64,000 nucleotides of DNA from Nitrospirota bacterium (lineage in GTDB: Bacteria; Nitrospirota; UBA9217), in NCBI GenBank assembly GCA_963845065.1, contig CAWJQQ010000005.1, positions 256,001 through 320,000 of the forward strand. Reading direction: 5' to 3'. The position numbers and the translations under genes are program-made. The notes beneath the pieces are model-generated. The model worked only from the letters and a program-made list of their open reading frames with translations, was not told where the DNA came from and did not search any database. Of the stretch, positions 28,126-37,237 are shown piece by piece. The number at the start of each line of letters is the position of its first letter. Within the stretch, counting starts at the first letter, position 1.

Positions 28126-29367
28126 ATGACTATTTTTGTCATATGTGCGGCGATCTCAAGTATAGGGACCATTCTCTATTTGCTTCAGGTTGGAGCGGCA
28201 TATTCGCTCATTAAAAGAACACGTGAAACCAGCAAACGAACATCAACGCACGATCCAAACTATTCGCCGCCTATTTCGATTCTGAAACCACTTAGGGGAC
28301 TCGACGACAATCTTTTCGACAATCTGGCCAGCTTCTGCACTCAGGACTATCCAGAATACGAAATTCTTTTTTGCCTTCAGGACTTCAACGATCCAGCCTA
28401 CAAAGTAGCAAAAAAAATCAAGGATAAATACGCCAACCGGAATATATCCCTCGTCATCGAGAAGTGCAATGTGGGACTCAACCCCAAGATCAATAACCTT
28501 ATCCCCGCTTATAAAAAATCCCGCTATCCTTACATACTTATAAGTGACAGCAACGTTATGGTGGACAAGTATTATCTGCGAGAGATCACTCGCCATACTA
28601 AAGACCCCGAGGTTGGGCTTGTCAACAATCTGATCCAAGGAGTTGGGGGACGCAGCCTCGGTGCACTTTTTGAAAATCTTCATTTGAACTCGTTTATAAT
28701 CGGAAGCGTCAGCTTCCTCGATAAGTTCTTTGGAATGCCCTGCGTTATCGGTAAGTCCATGCTCATGAAGAAGGACGATCTGGAGGTGCTGGGAGGTCTG
28801 TTTGCGTTTAAAGACATCCTGGCGGAGGATTTCATCATCGGAAGGGAGATGAGGCGGAGCGGGAAAAGAATCGCCCTGTCAAATTATCTGATCAGAAATG
28901 TAAACGAATACTGGGGCGTTAAACGTTTTTTGAACCGTCATACGCGATGGGGAAAGCTCAGATGGAAGATTGGCGGGGCCAAATACTTTTCAGAACTTCT
29001 TGCCAATCCCGTATTTATCGCCACACTGCCAGTCCTGTTCAGAGGGCCTTCGCGCGAAACAATCTCCTGTGCGGTCCTTGTGGGCCTCGTAAAAATTCTC
29101 GGCGATGCCTTTATCGGGAGAGCCATCGAGACTTCATCCTCAGAGACTAATTTCCACAAACAGTCTCAGGTCGTCTATTTTCTGGCCCCGTTGAAAGACA
29201 TTCTTATTGGAATTCTATGGTTTGTGCCACTACTGAGCTCCACCGTGGTCTGGCGGGGAAATCGGTATTTAATAGGACGGGATTCGCGTTTGTCGCCCTG
29301 TCCAGAGACCGGCTTCTGGTCATGGAGTTATCGTATTACGGATAACATTCGCGCTCGCATAGCTTAA
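28126..29367 (+). CDS. Ceramide glucosyltransferase/HpnI-like glycosyltransferase (GT2/GT21)
   Basis: N-terminal TM, PPISILKPLRGLD, NPKINNL, ISDSNV, GKSM, LAED, RHTRW, C-terminal TMs and VVWRG. Confidence 0.88.
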   Translation: MTIFVICAAISSIGTILYLLQVGAAYSLIKRTRETSKRTSTHDPNYSPPISILKPLRGLDDNLFDNLASFCTQDYPEYEILFCLQDFNDPAYKVAKKIKDKYANRNISLVIEKCNVGLNPKINNLIPAYKKSRYPYILISDSNVMVDKYYLREITRHTKDPEVGLVNNLIQGVGGRSLGALFENLHLNSFIIGSVSFLDKFFGMPCVIGKSMLMKKDDLEVLGGLFAFKDILAEDFIIGREMRRSGKRIALSNYLIRNVNEYWGVKRFLNRHTRWGKLRWKIGGAKYFSELLANPVFIATLPVLFRGPSRETISCAVLVGLVKILGDAFIGRAIETSSSETNFHKQSQVVYFLAPLKDILIGILWFVPLLSSTVVWRGNRYLIGRDSRLSPCPETGFWSWSYRITDNIRARIA

Positions 29368-29418
29368 TCATAGCATACAGTGCTGTGTACTTCGATATAA
29401 TTAGAAAGGAGCGTCTCA

Positions 29419-31272
29419 ATGCTGGAACAAGCTCCGTCGAACAGAATTTTTAACCTGAGCGTCGAGTTCAAGAACCCGCTGCAGAACAAACTGTTTTCGC
29501 TGCTCAAAGGGCCGATAGAGCATGTCCTCGCTTTTCCCCGATTGAACCAGATCTACGATGATGTCAGTAAGCTGCATGATAACCGGCCGTTCCCGGACAA
29601 GATCCTGGAACGGCTCGGCGCATCTTATGATCTTCCGGAGGAGGACCTCGCTCGAATTATGATAACCAATGGTCCCGTGATCGTAGTGGCTAACCATCCT
29701 TTCGGAGGCATTGAAACCGTTATCCTTGCATCGGTTCTCCGCAAGATACGTGGCGATGTCAAGTTTATGGCTAACTACATGCTGAATATAATACCTGAAA
29801 TACGGGATTTATTGATAACCGTAAACCCCTTCAAGGGAACGACATCGGTTCGTGACAACTATAAACCGATCAGGGAATCCATCCAGTGGGTGCAAAACGG
29901 TGGTATGCTAGTAGTTTTTCCCTCTGGGGCAGTCTCCCACTTTATTGCTCGGAAAGGCACAATAACTGATCCTGACTGGAGTCCGAGCATTGCACGTATC
30001 GTCCGAAAGACTGGGGCGCCGGTGCTCCCGGTGTTTTTTCAGGGAACAAACAGTGCGGTCTTTCATATGGCGGGCATGGTTCATCCGCTTCTGCGCACAG
30101 CGATGCTGCCGAATGAATTGCTTAATAAAGAACATAAGGAAATCAAGGTACGCTTCGGAGACCTCATCTCCTTCATGAAACTTAAATCTTTTGAGAATGA
30201 TGCGGATATGACGGCCTATTTAAGGCTTCGCACTTATATCTTGGAGCACTTCGGCGCCCGATCTAAGGTTCCCGGTATAGCGGCCTTTATGCAAAAGGCA
30301 AAACGCGATACCTATGGTGCCATTATGCCACCTCAGAACGCAGAAGTCATGGCGGGAGAAATCAGTCAATTGCCGCCGAGCCAGATACTTCATGAAAATG
30401 GTGAGCTTCTCGTGGTTCAAGCCACTGCCGACCAGATACCTCATATCCTGCTTGAGATCGGCAGGTTGCGAGAGATCGCCTTCCGCGCCATGGGAGAGGG
30501 GACCGGAAAAGCTTTAGACATTGACCGGTTCGACTATACTTATATTCACCTTTTCATATGGAATCATGAAAAAAATCAGGTTGTCGGCTCCTACCGTCTC
30601 GGCAAGACGGATGAAATCATGAAAAAGCATGGTGTTCGAGGACTTTATACGAACACTCTCTTCAGTTATCAACCGGCTTTTTTCGCACGGCTTGGCCCGG
30701 CGTTGGAAATGGGGCGTTCCTTCATACGGCTGGAGTACCAGAAATCCTTTGCTCCGCTTCTGCTCCTTTGGAAAGGAATCGGTAGGTTCGTTGTTGATAA
30801 CCCTCAGTATAAAATATTATTTGGACCTGTGAGCATAACCGACGAATACCATGTCCTATCGAAACAACTCATGGTCAGCTATCTGAAAAAAGCCAGATAC
30901 CAGGATGATGTGGCAGGATTTGTGAAAGCACGAAAGCCGCTTAGGTCAAAATCACTCAAAGGCTGGGATATCGATGCCGCTGCCCGCCTTCTCAAGGACA
31001 ATGTCGAGGATCTATCGGAACTGATATCCTGCGTGGAAAAGGACCGCAAGGGGGTCCCGATCCTGATGAAGCAGTATCTCAAACTCGGCGGCCTGATTGC
31101 CGGCTTTAATGTAGACCCGAGCTTTGGAAATGTCCTTGATGGTCTTATCATGGTGGACCTGACGAAGACCAAAAAGAGAATGCTGGAACGATATCTGGGC
31201 AAGGATGGTTCCCGTCAATTCCTGGCCTATCATGAAACCCTGGGCCAGGAACGACATGCAACCTGCGCTTGA
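29419..31272 (+). CDS. Bifunctional PlsC-type acyltransferase plus GNAT (Acetyltransf_5) protein, OlsF-like aminolipid synthase
   Basis: VVANHPFGGIE and VFPSG acyltransferase blocks; EIGRLREIAFRAMGEGTG, DIDRFD, GSYRLG, LEMGRSF, LWKGIG, QYLKLGG in the C-terminal domain. Confidence 0.88.
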   Translation: MLEQAPSNRIFNLSVEFKNPLQNKLFSLLKGPIEHVLAFPRLNQIYDDVSKLHDNRPFPDKILERLGASYDLPEEDLARIMITNGPVIVVANHPFGGIETVILASVLRKIRGDVKFMANYMLNIIPEIRDLLITVNPFKGTTSVRDNYKPIRESIQWVQNGGMLVVFPSGAVSHFIARKGTITDPDWSPSIARIVRKTGAPVLPVFFQGTNSAVFHMAGMVHPLLRTAMLPNELLNKEHKEIKVRFGDLISFMKLKSFENDADMTAYLRLRTYILEHFGARSKVPGIAAFMQKAKRDTYGAIMPPQNAEVMAGEISQLPPSQILHENGELLVVQATADQIPHILLEIGRLREIAFRAMGEGTGKALDIDRFDYTYIHLFIWNHEKNQVVGSYRLGKTDEIMKKHGVRGLYTNTLFSYQPAFFARLGPALEMGRSFIRLEYQKSFAPLLLLWKGIGRFVVDNPQYKILFGPVSITDEYHVLSKQLMVSYLKKARYQDDVAGFVKARKPLRSKSLKGWDIDAAARLLKDNVEDLSELISCVEKDRKGVPILMKQYLKLGGLIAGFNVDPSFGNVLDGLIMVDLTKTKKRMLERYLGKDGSRQFLAYHETLGQERHATCA

Positions 31273-32332
31273 GTACTTCAGGAAAAGACATCCCGATCCA
31301 TCAGCACACGTAGCGGATCCGGCAGTGCGAATGAATACGCTGTTCAATAAGCTGCTCTATCTCATTCCGCTCGGCGTCGTGGGCAATATAATCTATTCGA
31401 TCGCGGTCACCGATCATGCGATGATGAACTCGGTTATGCGATTTTCGCCCGCTTACTTGGTCCTCGCACTGTTTCTTTGCATCGTTCCCTGGTTTACCGG
31501 ATCATTAAGGCTATTTATCTGGAGCAAGTTCCTCGGGAAAAGCCAGCGTTACCGTGACATGTTTGCTATCGCGATAGGCGCGGAACTCGGCGCAGCTGCA
31601 AGTCCTCCCGTGGTCGGCGGAGGACCAATAAAAATCTGGATGCTTATGCAGCGGGGTTTCTCCGGAGGCGCAGCACTGTCCCTTGCAATGATTGAAGGTT
31701 TCGAAGACGCTCTTTTTTTTCTCATCATGGTTCCCATTGCTCTCACGATCTCTTCAGCATGGGACCTGCCGATCATCAGGCGTTCCACAGTAGAACTTGG
31801 GCAATTATCATTCTGGATTTTACCGGGAACGGCAATCTTTTTTCTTCTTGCAGGCATACTCGTGGTAGGCTATCGTGCAAAAAGAATAAGAGAGCGCTTT
31901 CCTGCTTTTCGTATGATTGCAGGTCACATCAAGACTTCATACCATGAATTCTCTAAAACGTTTCGCAACATCATCTTAAAGGGTAAAATCTTTTTTGCGT
32001 TAACAATGATTCTCACGACGATACAATGGGTCTGTCGGTATTCAATCATCTCTCTGCTGCTATTAGGCCTCGGTATCGCACCCCGCCCAATACTATTCAT
32101 GGCACTACAAGTCATCGTCTTTGCGCTGCTGGCGTTCATTCCCACGCCGGGCGGTGTCGGCGGCGCCGAAGCCCTTTTTTCAGTAATCTATCGCTCATTT
32201 CTGCCGCCCGAGACAATTGGTATAGTGACCGCAGGTTGGCGCTTTTTTACGTTTTATTTTTTGTTGCTTCTGGCCGCGGCGCTGTTTTTATTGTTCAGAA
32301 TGCGTCCGAAAGAGGCAGCACCGGTTTCATGA
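31256..32332 (+). CDS. Lysylphosphatidylglycerol-synthase-TM (flippase-like, YbhN/AglD-type) membrane protein
   Basis: Polytopic; SPPVVGGGP, IPTPGGVGGAE and WRFFTFY motifs; start could also be 31331. Confidence 0.85.
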   Translation: MQPALEYFRKRHPDPSAHVADPAVRMNTLFNKLLYLIPLGVVGNIIYSIAVTDHAMMNSVMRFSPAYLVLALFLCIVPWFTGSLRLFIWSKFLGKSQRYRDMFAIAIGAELGAAASPPVVGGGPIKIWMLMQRGFSGGAALSLAMIEGFEDALFFLIMVPIALTISSAWDLPIIRRSTVELGQLSFWILPGTAIFFLLAGILVVGYRAKRIRERFPAFRMIAGHIKTSYHEFSKTFRNIILKGKIFFALTMILTTIQWVCRYSIISLLLLGLGIAPRPILFMALQVIVFALLAFIPTPGGVGGAEALFSVIYRSFLPPETIGIVTAGWRFFTFYFLLLLAAALFLLFRMRPKEAAPVS

Positions 32333-32368
32333 ACAAAGCACTTTTTTTTAATTAAGAAGGAAGAGAAC

Positions 32369-33196
32369 ATGAAGACACTACAGTATGCCTCAGCGTACTC
32401 AAAGAAACGGAACTTGCGAACCTCGTCCCCCGATATGGGCGTATTGCCGCCACTGAACACGAATGCCGTCCGGGAGATGAAACTTACTACAGACAGTAAA
32501 CCGTCTCGACTGATTTCGCCGATCATTTTCCAGGCGACGCAGAATGTAGGGCTGAAGCTTTATGAATTGCTTGATATGGCTGAACTCATGCGAGTGGCAT
32601 ACGAAAAAAAGGACCTGGCAACTGCCCAAAATCTGCTTTCTCTTCTCACGGTGGACGCCTCGAACCTAGCCTTGTCCATCTCCTCCGTTCTCGAACTTAA
32701 GCAACACGAAAAAGAACCTGCGGAAACGGTGTGTAAGCGTTTCGACATTGTTGCGCTGATCCACGAAGTGTCGGATGCTGCACGTTTGATTGTGGGAGAC
32801 AAGCCAGTTACCGTCATGGACGCCTCCTGCTCCAGTCCCGTAGTCATATATTCGGACCCATCCATGATTAGACAAATCATGACAGGGCTCATGAGCAATG
32901 CAGCAAAATTTACCGCCCGGGGGAGAATTGCTTTAATCCTAAGTAATGATGATGACAAGATCAGGCTGACCGTGGCGGATACCGGCAAAGGGATGACACC
33001 GGAAGAGATTCAAGCCGTACTTGAGTCATTCGATTATAAGCAAAATGATGAAATGAACAGCCTGGCGATATCCGGTCTGGGTCTCAGAATCGTAAAAGCC
33101 CTTGTGAAAAAACTTGATGGCAAGATTTCTCTTGCCAGTAAACCAGGCGAGGGAACAATTGTAGAGGTTTCTCTACCGCTGAAAGCTCTGCTATAA
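32369..33196 (+). CDS. Histidine-kinase-like ATPase lacking a recognisable H-box
   Basis: LMSNAAKFT, VADTGKGM, SGLGL and GEGT present; no HExxxPL motif. Confidence 0.8.
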   Translation: MKTLQYASAYSKKRNLRTSSPDMGVLPPLNTNAVREMKLTTDSKPSRLISPIIFQATQNVGLKLYELLDMAELMRVAYEKKDLATAQNLLSLLTVDASNLALSISSVLELKQHEKEPAETVCKRFDIVALIHEVSDAARLIVGDKPVTVMDASCSSPVVIYSDPSMIRQIMTGLMSNAAKFTARGRIALILSNDDDKIRLTVADTGKGMTPEEIQAVLESFDYKQNDEMNSLAISGLGLRIVKALVKKLDGKISLASKPGEGTIVEVSLPLKALL

Positions 33197-33273
33197 TACG
33201 ATTCAGCGCATCACTTCTTCAATAGGTCCGAACGTGCTGCTGTCCTTATGCCTTCCTTTGCGCGGTTGCGCGT

Positions 33274-33328
33274 AGTAAACAATATTTAACACGGCCTTCA
33301 TATTCCGGTAACATAATTCGAGTATAGT
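33274..33328 (+). promoter_or_regulatory. Pho-box promoter 4 (hybrid kinase operon)
   Basis: AGTAAA(33274)/TTTAAC(33285)/CTTCAT(33296)/GGTAAC(33307), then 10 bp and TATAGT. Confidence 0.7.
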
Positions 33329-33369
33329 AGGCCCTGCAGTTACACAGTGCAGCCCAGGATGAACGCAAT

Positions 33370-34461
33370 ATGAAAAAACAGATCCTCATTGTTGAAGATG
33401 AACATGATTTGGCCGAACTTCTCAACTACCATCTCCAAAAAGAAAACTTTCAGACCGTGATTGCGTATAGCGGAGAAGAAGCCATTGACGCAGTTCAGCG
33501 GCATAGGTTTGACGCGGTCCTCCTGGATATCATGCTGCCCGAGCTTGATGGATGGGAAGTGTGCCGTATGTTGAGAGAGAGCAGGAACGGAAGGTCGCTG
33601 CCGATCATTGTGGTCACGGCATTGTCCGACGATGAGGCCCGGATCAGAGGGCTCAGCATTGGGGCAGATGATTTCGTGTCGAAGCCCTATTCCATGAAAG
33701 AACTGCTCCTGAAAATAAGAAAGCACATAGACCGGCAGCAGACGATAAACCAGATGAAGGCCCGCGAGCAGGAGCAAGACACGGTGGTGCGCTACATGAT
33801 TCATGAACTCCGCAACTCCCTGACCACGATCGGCGGATATTCTTCCCTTGCCCTGCAGAAGGACGATACGAATAAATTTATGAGAACGATCAACGCCGCC
33901 GCCACTCACGCCGAAAGCCTTCTTCAGGATGCATCACTTCTCTCCCGGCTGGAGAACGGCAAAGAGCGCCTGTCCATCGAACCGGTCGCTATCAATTCGC
34001 TGGTCAATGAATCTATTGATTTCCTACATGATACGGCAAAAAAGTCGAATATTGAAATAATCGCAGAGAACAATACAACGTCGCTTGTCCAGGGCAACGA
34101 AACAGCAATCAGGCAGATCATGATCAACCTCGTTTCAAATGCCGTTAAATATAACCGAAAGGGTGGAACTGTCCGGATCTCCTTCGACAACAAGAATGAC
34201 AGGGTTGATATCTCCATTAAGGACGAGGGTTGCGGAATGACAGACGCTGACATTGCCCACATTTTTGATAAGTTTTACCGCGCCGCCGGCAGTGAACGAA
34301 TAAAAGGTGCGGGACTCGGTCTTTATATCGTCAGACTCCTGACCAACGCCATGGGCGGCACCGTCACGGTCGCCAGCATGCCGGGAGCAGGCAGCGTTTT
34401 TACGGTATCTTTTATTAAGGCAAATAGCGTGGCACTCCACGCAGCTCGGGACGTAGCGTAA
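33370..34461 (+). CDS. Cytoplasmic hybrid protein: PhoB-like receiver plus histidine kinase
   Basis: ILIVEDE...LLDIMLP...GADDFVSKP; HELRNSL; NLVSNAVKY, FDKFYR, GAGLGL. Confidence 0.92.
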   Translation: MKKQILIVEDEHDLAELLNYHLQKENFQTVIAYSGEEAIDAVQRHRFDAVLLDIMLPELDGWEVCRMLRESRNGRSLPIIVVTALSDDEARIRGLSIGADDFVSKPYSMKELLLKIRKHIDRQQTINQMKAREQEQDTVVRYMIHELRNSLTTIGGYSSLALQKDDTNKFMRTINAAATHAESLLQDASLLSRLENGKERLSIEPVAINSLVNESIDFLHDTAKKSNIEIIAENNTTSLVQGNETAIRQIMINLVSNAVKYNRKGGTVRISFDNKNDRVDISIKDEGCGMTDADIAHIFDKFYRAAGSERIKGAGLGLYIVRLLTNAMGGTVTVASMPGAGSVFTVSFIKANSVALHAARDVA

Positions 34462-34579
34462 GAACAGAACAGGGTTAGCTATGGACGAACTTCTGAAAAG
34501 GTGTGGGACCATTTGCTGGGAAGAGTTGCAAAATGGCATACGGATAAAGATAGCAGGTGGTCTAATACAGACGATTAAT

Positions 34580-35048
34580 GCTCAGAAAAATGTTCCTCCG
34601 TAGGGGAACTCATCACATTCAAGGAGCTGGTTACGCCTCAGACCATCGTGAACAAGGTGTCAGAGCGGTTTTTCAGCACCTCCGAGCTGGATGCAATCGC
34701 TGTCGTCGAGGAGAACGAGCCCGTCGGCATCGTCACGAGGCCAAAGCTGCTCTTTACGCTGTTCCGTAGATTCGGCTTTGAACTCTATGGATAATACCCA
34801 GTCATTGCTATAGCTGATACGAGTCCTCTCATCATGTCCGAGGATGAGCGGCTCGACGTGATAATCTACATGGCGTTGGAGCGGCCGCCGCAGGACATCT
34901 ACGACGAGATCATTGTGACCTCCACCAGGGGAACCTACCGTGGCCTCCTGTCGGCAAAACAGCTAGTGATACAGTAAAGCAACGCTCTGGCAAGTAATAT
35001 ACTTCAGAAAGAAATGGCCAGCGCTCGGGCGTAGGAGCTTGAAAAATG
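34580..35048 (+). pseudogene. Disrupted CBS-pair sensor gene (probably the N-terminus of a CBS histidine kinase)
   Basis: One frame reads VGELITFKELVTPQT...DAIAVVEENEPVGIVTR...FGFELYG*YPV...DIYDEIIV...YRGLLSAKQLVIQ*...ARA*ELEK, with in-frame stops at 34792, 34975 and 35032. Confidence 0.75.
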
Positions 35049-35421
35049 ACGAGAAATAGAAAGAAGGTACTGGTAGTCGATGACGATGAACTGCATCTCT
35101 ATACGACTAAAGAGCTGCTCCAGGACGACTTCATTGAGGTACTTACTCATCAGAGTTGGACCGGCGCAACGAAGCGCATAAAGGACCTGCAACCAGATCT
35201 CATACTGCTCTATATCAATATGCCTGCGCTATCCGGCGATAAACTCATTTCCATAATTAAACCCTACTACGGTGCAATAACGACGCCTATTGTCTTCTAT
35301 TCGTCCAATGATGAAGATAAGCTTAAGAGAGCTCGTGAATACTTACGGTGCGCAGGGGTATATTTGCAAGGGTAATATCAACGATTTGCGAAGCAAGGTC
35401 AATCGGCATCTCAAAATATAG
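35046..35421 (+). pseudogene. Frameshifted single-domain response regulator
   Basis: KVLVVDDDE...; phosphoacceptor position is Y (LILLYINMP); the C-terminus ELVNTYGAQGYICKGNINDLRSKVNRHLKI* is in another frame after ~35325. Confidence 0.75.
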
Positions 35422-35465
35422 GCGTAGAAACCCACAAAAAAAGGCTCTTTTAAGAGGGACTATCT

Positions 35466-35929
35466 GTGCGAACCCCAAAAAGGATATTGATAGTAGACGA
35501 GGATGAGGTACTTCTCGATGTCACAAAAGCACTGCTTAAAGACGAACGATTCGAGATAATTATGCAGCGGGGGGGAACGACGTGATGAACTTAGTGAGTC
35601 AACTCCAGCCCGACCTCGTTCTGATCGATATCAACATGACGGTACTGTCCGGCGATATGCTGTCGATGCTGCTGCGATCCAGCAAGGACACCAGTCATAT
35701 CCGGCTCGTCTTCCATTCATCCAATGACGAGTACAGCCTGAGAGAAAGTGTTTCGGCTTGTGACGTCCATGGATATATATGCAAGGGCGAAATTGCAAAC
35801 TTACGTAAAAAAATCGATCAGTATTTAAGTTCGCCCTGTTCAGAGGATGAACGAATAACTTTGTATTGGCACGCTCTCGCTGGAAAGTATATTACTCCGA
35901 GCAAAAAGAAGAGCAACAACCCTCTGTAA
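35466..35929 (+). pseudogene. Single-domain response regulator split by a frameshift in a G7 tract (paralog of the upstream one)
   Basis: VRTPKRILIVDEDE...EIIMQRGG continues in another frame as NDVMNLVSQLQPDLVLIDINM; the shift is at G7 35569-35575. Confidence 0.75.
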
Positions 35930-36019
35930 AGAAGAACAAAAATGCGGAGAAAGTGTATGCAAAACAACTGTTATGTTTCAAAAAACCATTAAAGGATGAG
36001 GTAACTGGTTTGAGGAATC

Positions 36020-36074
36020 TTTAATAGAAGCTTAACCAACTTGTAACAATCCTGTAACACTTCGATGGTATAAC
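36020..36074 (+). promoter_or_regulatory. Pho-box promoter 5 (pstS)
   Basis: TTTAAT(36020)/CTTAAC(36031)/TGTAAC(36042)/TGTAAC(36053), then 10 bp and TATAAC. Confidence 0.85.
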
Positions 36075-36109
36075 AAGCACGATGTAAAAAAAAGAAAAGG
36101 AGAAAAAAC

Positions 36110-37126
36110 ATGAAACGAATTTTAGCAATCGCAGTATTAGTATTAGCAGGTATGTTTTCGATAAATCAAGCATTTGCAGCGGAAACCCTTAATGGAGCAG
36201 GATCTTCATTTGCCTACCCGATATACTCGGCGTGGGCTTATGAATATCAGAAGGTCAACGGCCTTCAGCTCAATTATCAGTCAATAGGATCAGGCGGCGG
36301 CATCAAGCAGATCACTGATAGGACCGTCGACTTCGGCGCCTCCGACCTGCCTCTGAGCCCCGCTGATCTACAAAAGTCCAACCTTATCCAGTTCCCCGCG
36401 GTCATCGGAGGTGTCGTGCCTATTGTGAACATTCCAGGTGTAAAGCCCAACCAGATGCGGCTCGATTCCCAGACGATGTGCGGGATCTATCTAGGAGAAA
36501 TCAAATATTGGAACGACCCACAAATCACGGCCTTGAATCCCACGATGAGCCTGCCCCACAACGAAATCACGGTCGTCCATCGGTCCGACGGCTCGGGAAC
36601 GACCGCAATCTTCACGTCGTATCTCGTCCAGACCTGCCCCGCGTGGAAGGAAAAAGTGGGTACCGGGGTGGCGGTGAATTGGCCAGTAGGTATCGGCGGC
36701 AAGGGTAGCGAAGGAGTGGCAAACTACGTTCAGAGCACCGCCTATTCCGTCGGGTACGACGAGTTCGCATACGCCCAGCAGAACAACCTGACCTACACGC
36801 AATTGAAGAACCCGGCCGGTCAGTTCGTGTCGCCGACCTTCGTGACTTTCGAAAACGCCGCAAAGACAGCTATATTCGATCCCAAGAACGACTTCGACTT
36901 GATGATGACCAACGCCAAGGGCAAGGATGCATGGCCCATCGCCGGGGGAACTTTCGTTCTCCTCGCCAAGGACAGGAAGGATGCCAATGTAAAAACCGCC
37001 AAGTTCTATGATTGGTCGTTTAATCAGGGCGATGCAAAGGCAAAGGAACTTATCTACATTCCGCTTCCAAAAAACCTGAAAGACAAGATCCGCGCCTACT
37101 GGAAAGCGAATGGGATCAATTATTAA
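36110..37126 (+). CDS. pstS: Phosphate ABC transporter substrate-binding protein
   Basis: Signal peptide, GAGSSF, YQSIGSGGG, DFGASD, HRSDGSGTT. Confidence 0.97.
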   Translation: MKRILAIAVLVLAGMFSINQAFAAETLNGAGSSFAYPIYSAWAYEYQKVNGLQLNYQSIGSGGGIKQITDRTVDFGASDLPLSPADLQKSNLIQFPAVIGGVVPIVNIPGVKPNQMRLDSQTMCGIYLGEIKYWNDPQITALNPTMSLPHNEITVVHRSDGSGTTAIFTSYLVQTCPAWKEKVGTGVAVNWPVGIGGKGSEGVANYVQSTAYSVGYDEFAYAQQNNLTYTQLKNPAGQFVSPTFVTFENAAKTAIFDPKNDFDLMMTNAKGKDAWPIAGGTFVLLAKDRKDANVKTAKFYDWSFNQGDAKAKELIYIPLPKNLKDKIRAYWKANGINY

Positions 37127-37154
37127 AACTGCTTCTAAATAAAAGTTGCAATCG

Positions 37155-37191
37155 ACGGGTCAGGTATATATACTACTTATGCCTGACCCGT
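37155..37191 (+). terminator. Stem-loop between pstS and pstC (partial terminator or mRNA stabiliser)
   Basis: ACGGGTCAGGTATA...TATGCCTGACCCGT inverted repeat. Confidence 0.6.
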
Positions 37192-37237
37192 TTGAGTTTT
37201 ACCCGAATGCCATTTCGAATGCCGGAAAGGTCTTTCA

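Noticed and set aside
28126..29367. Calling the glycosyltransferase hpnI (hopanoid pathway)
   Set aside because: No other hpn or shc genes in the window, and the context is Pho/lipid; substrate left open
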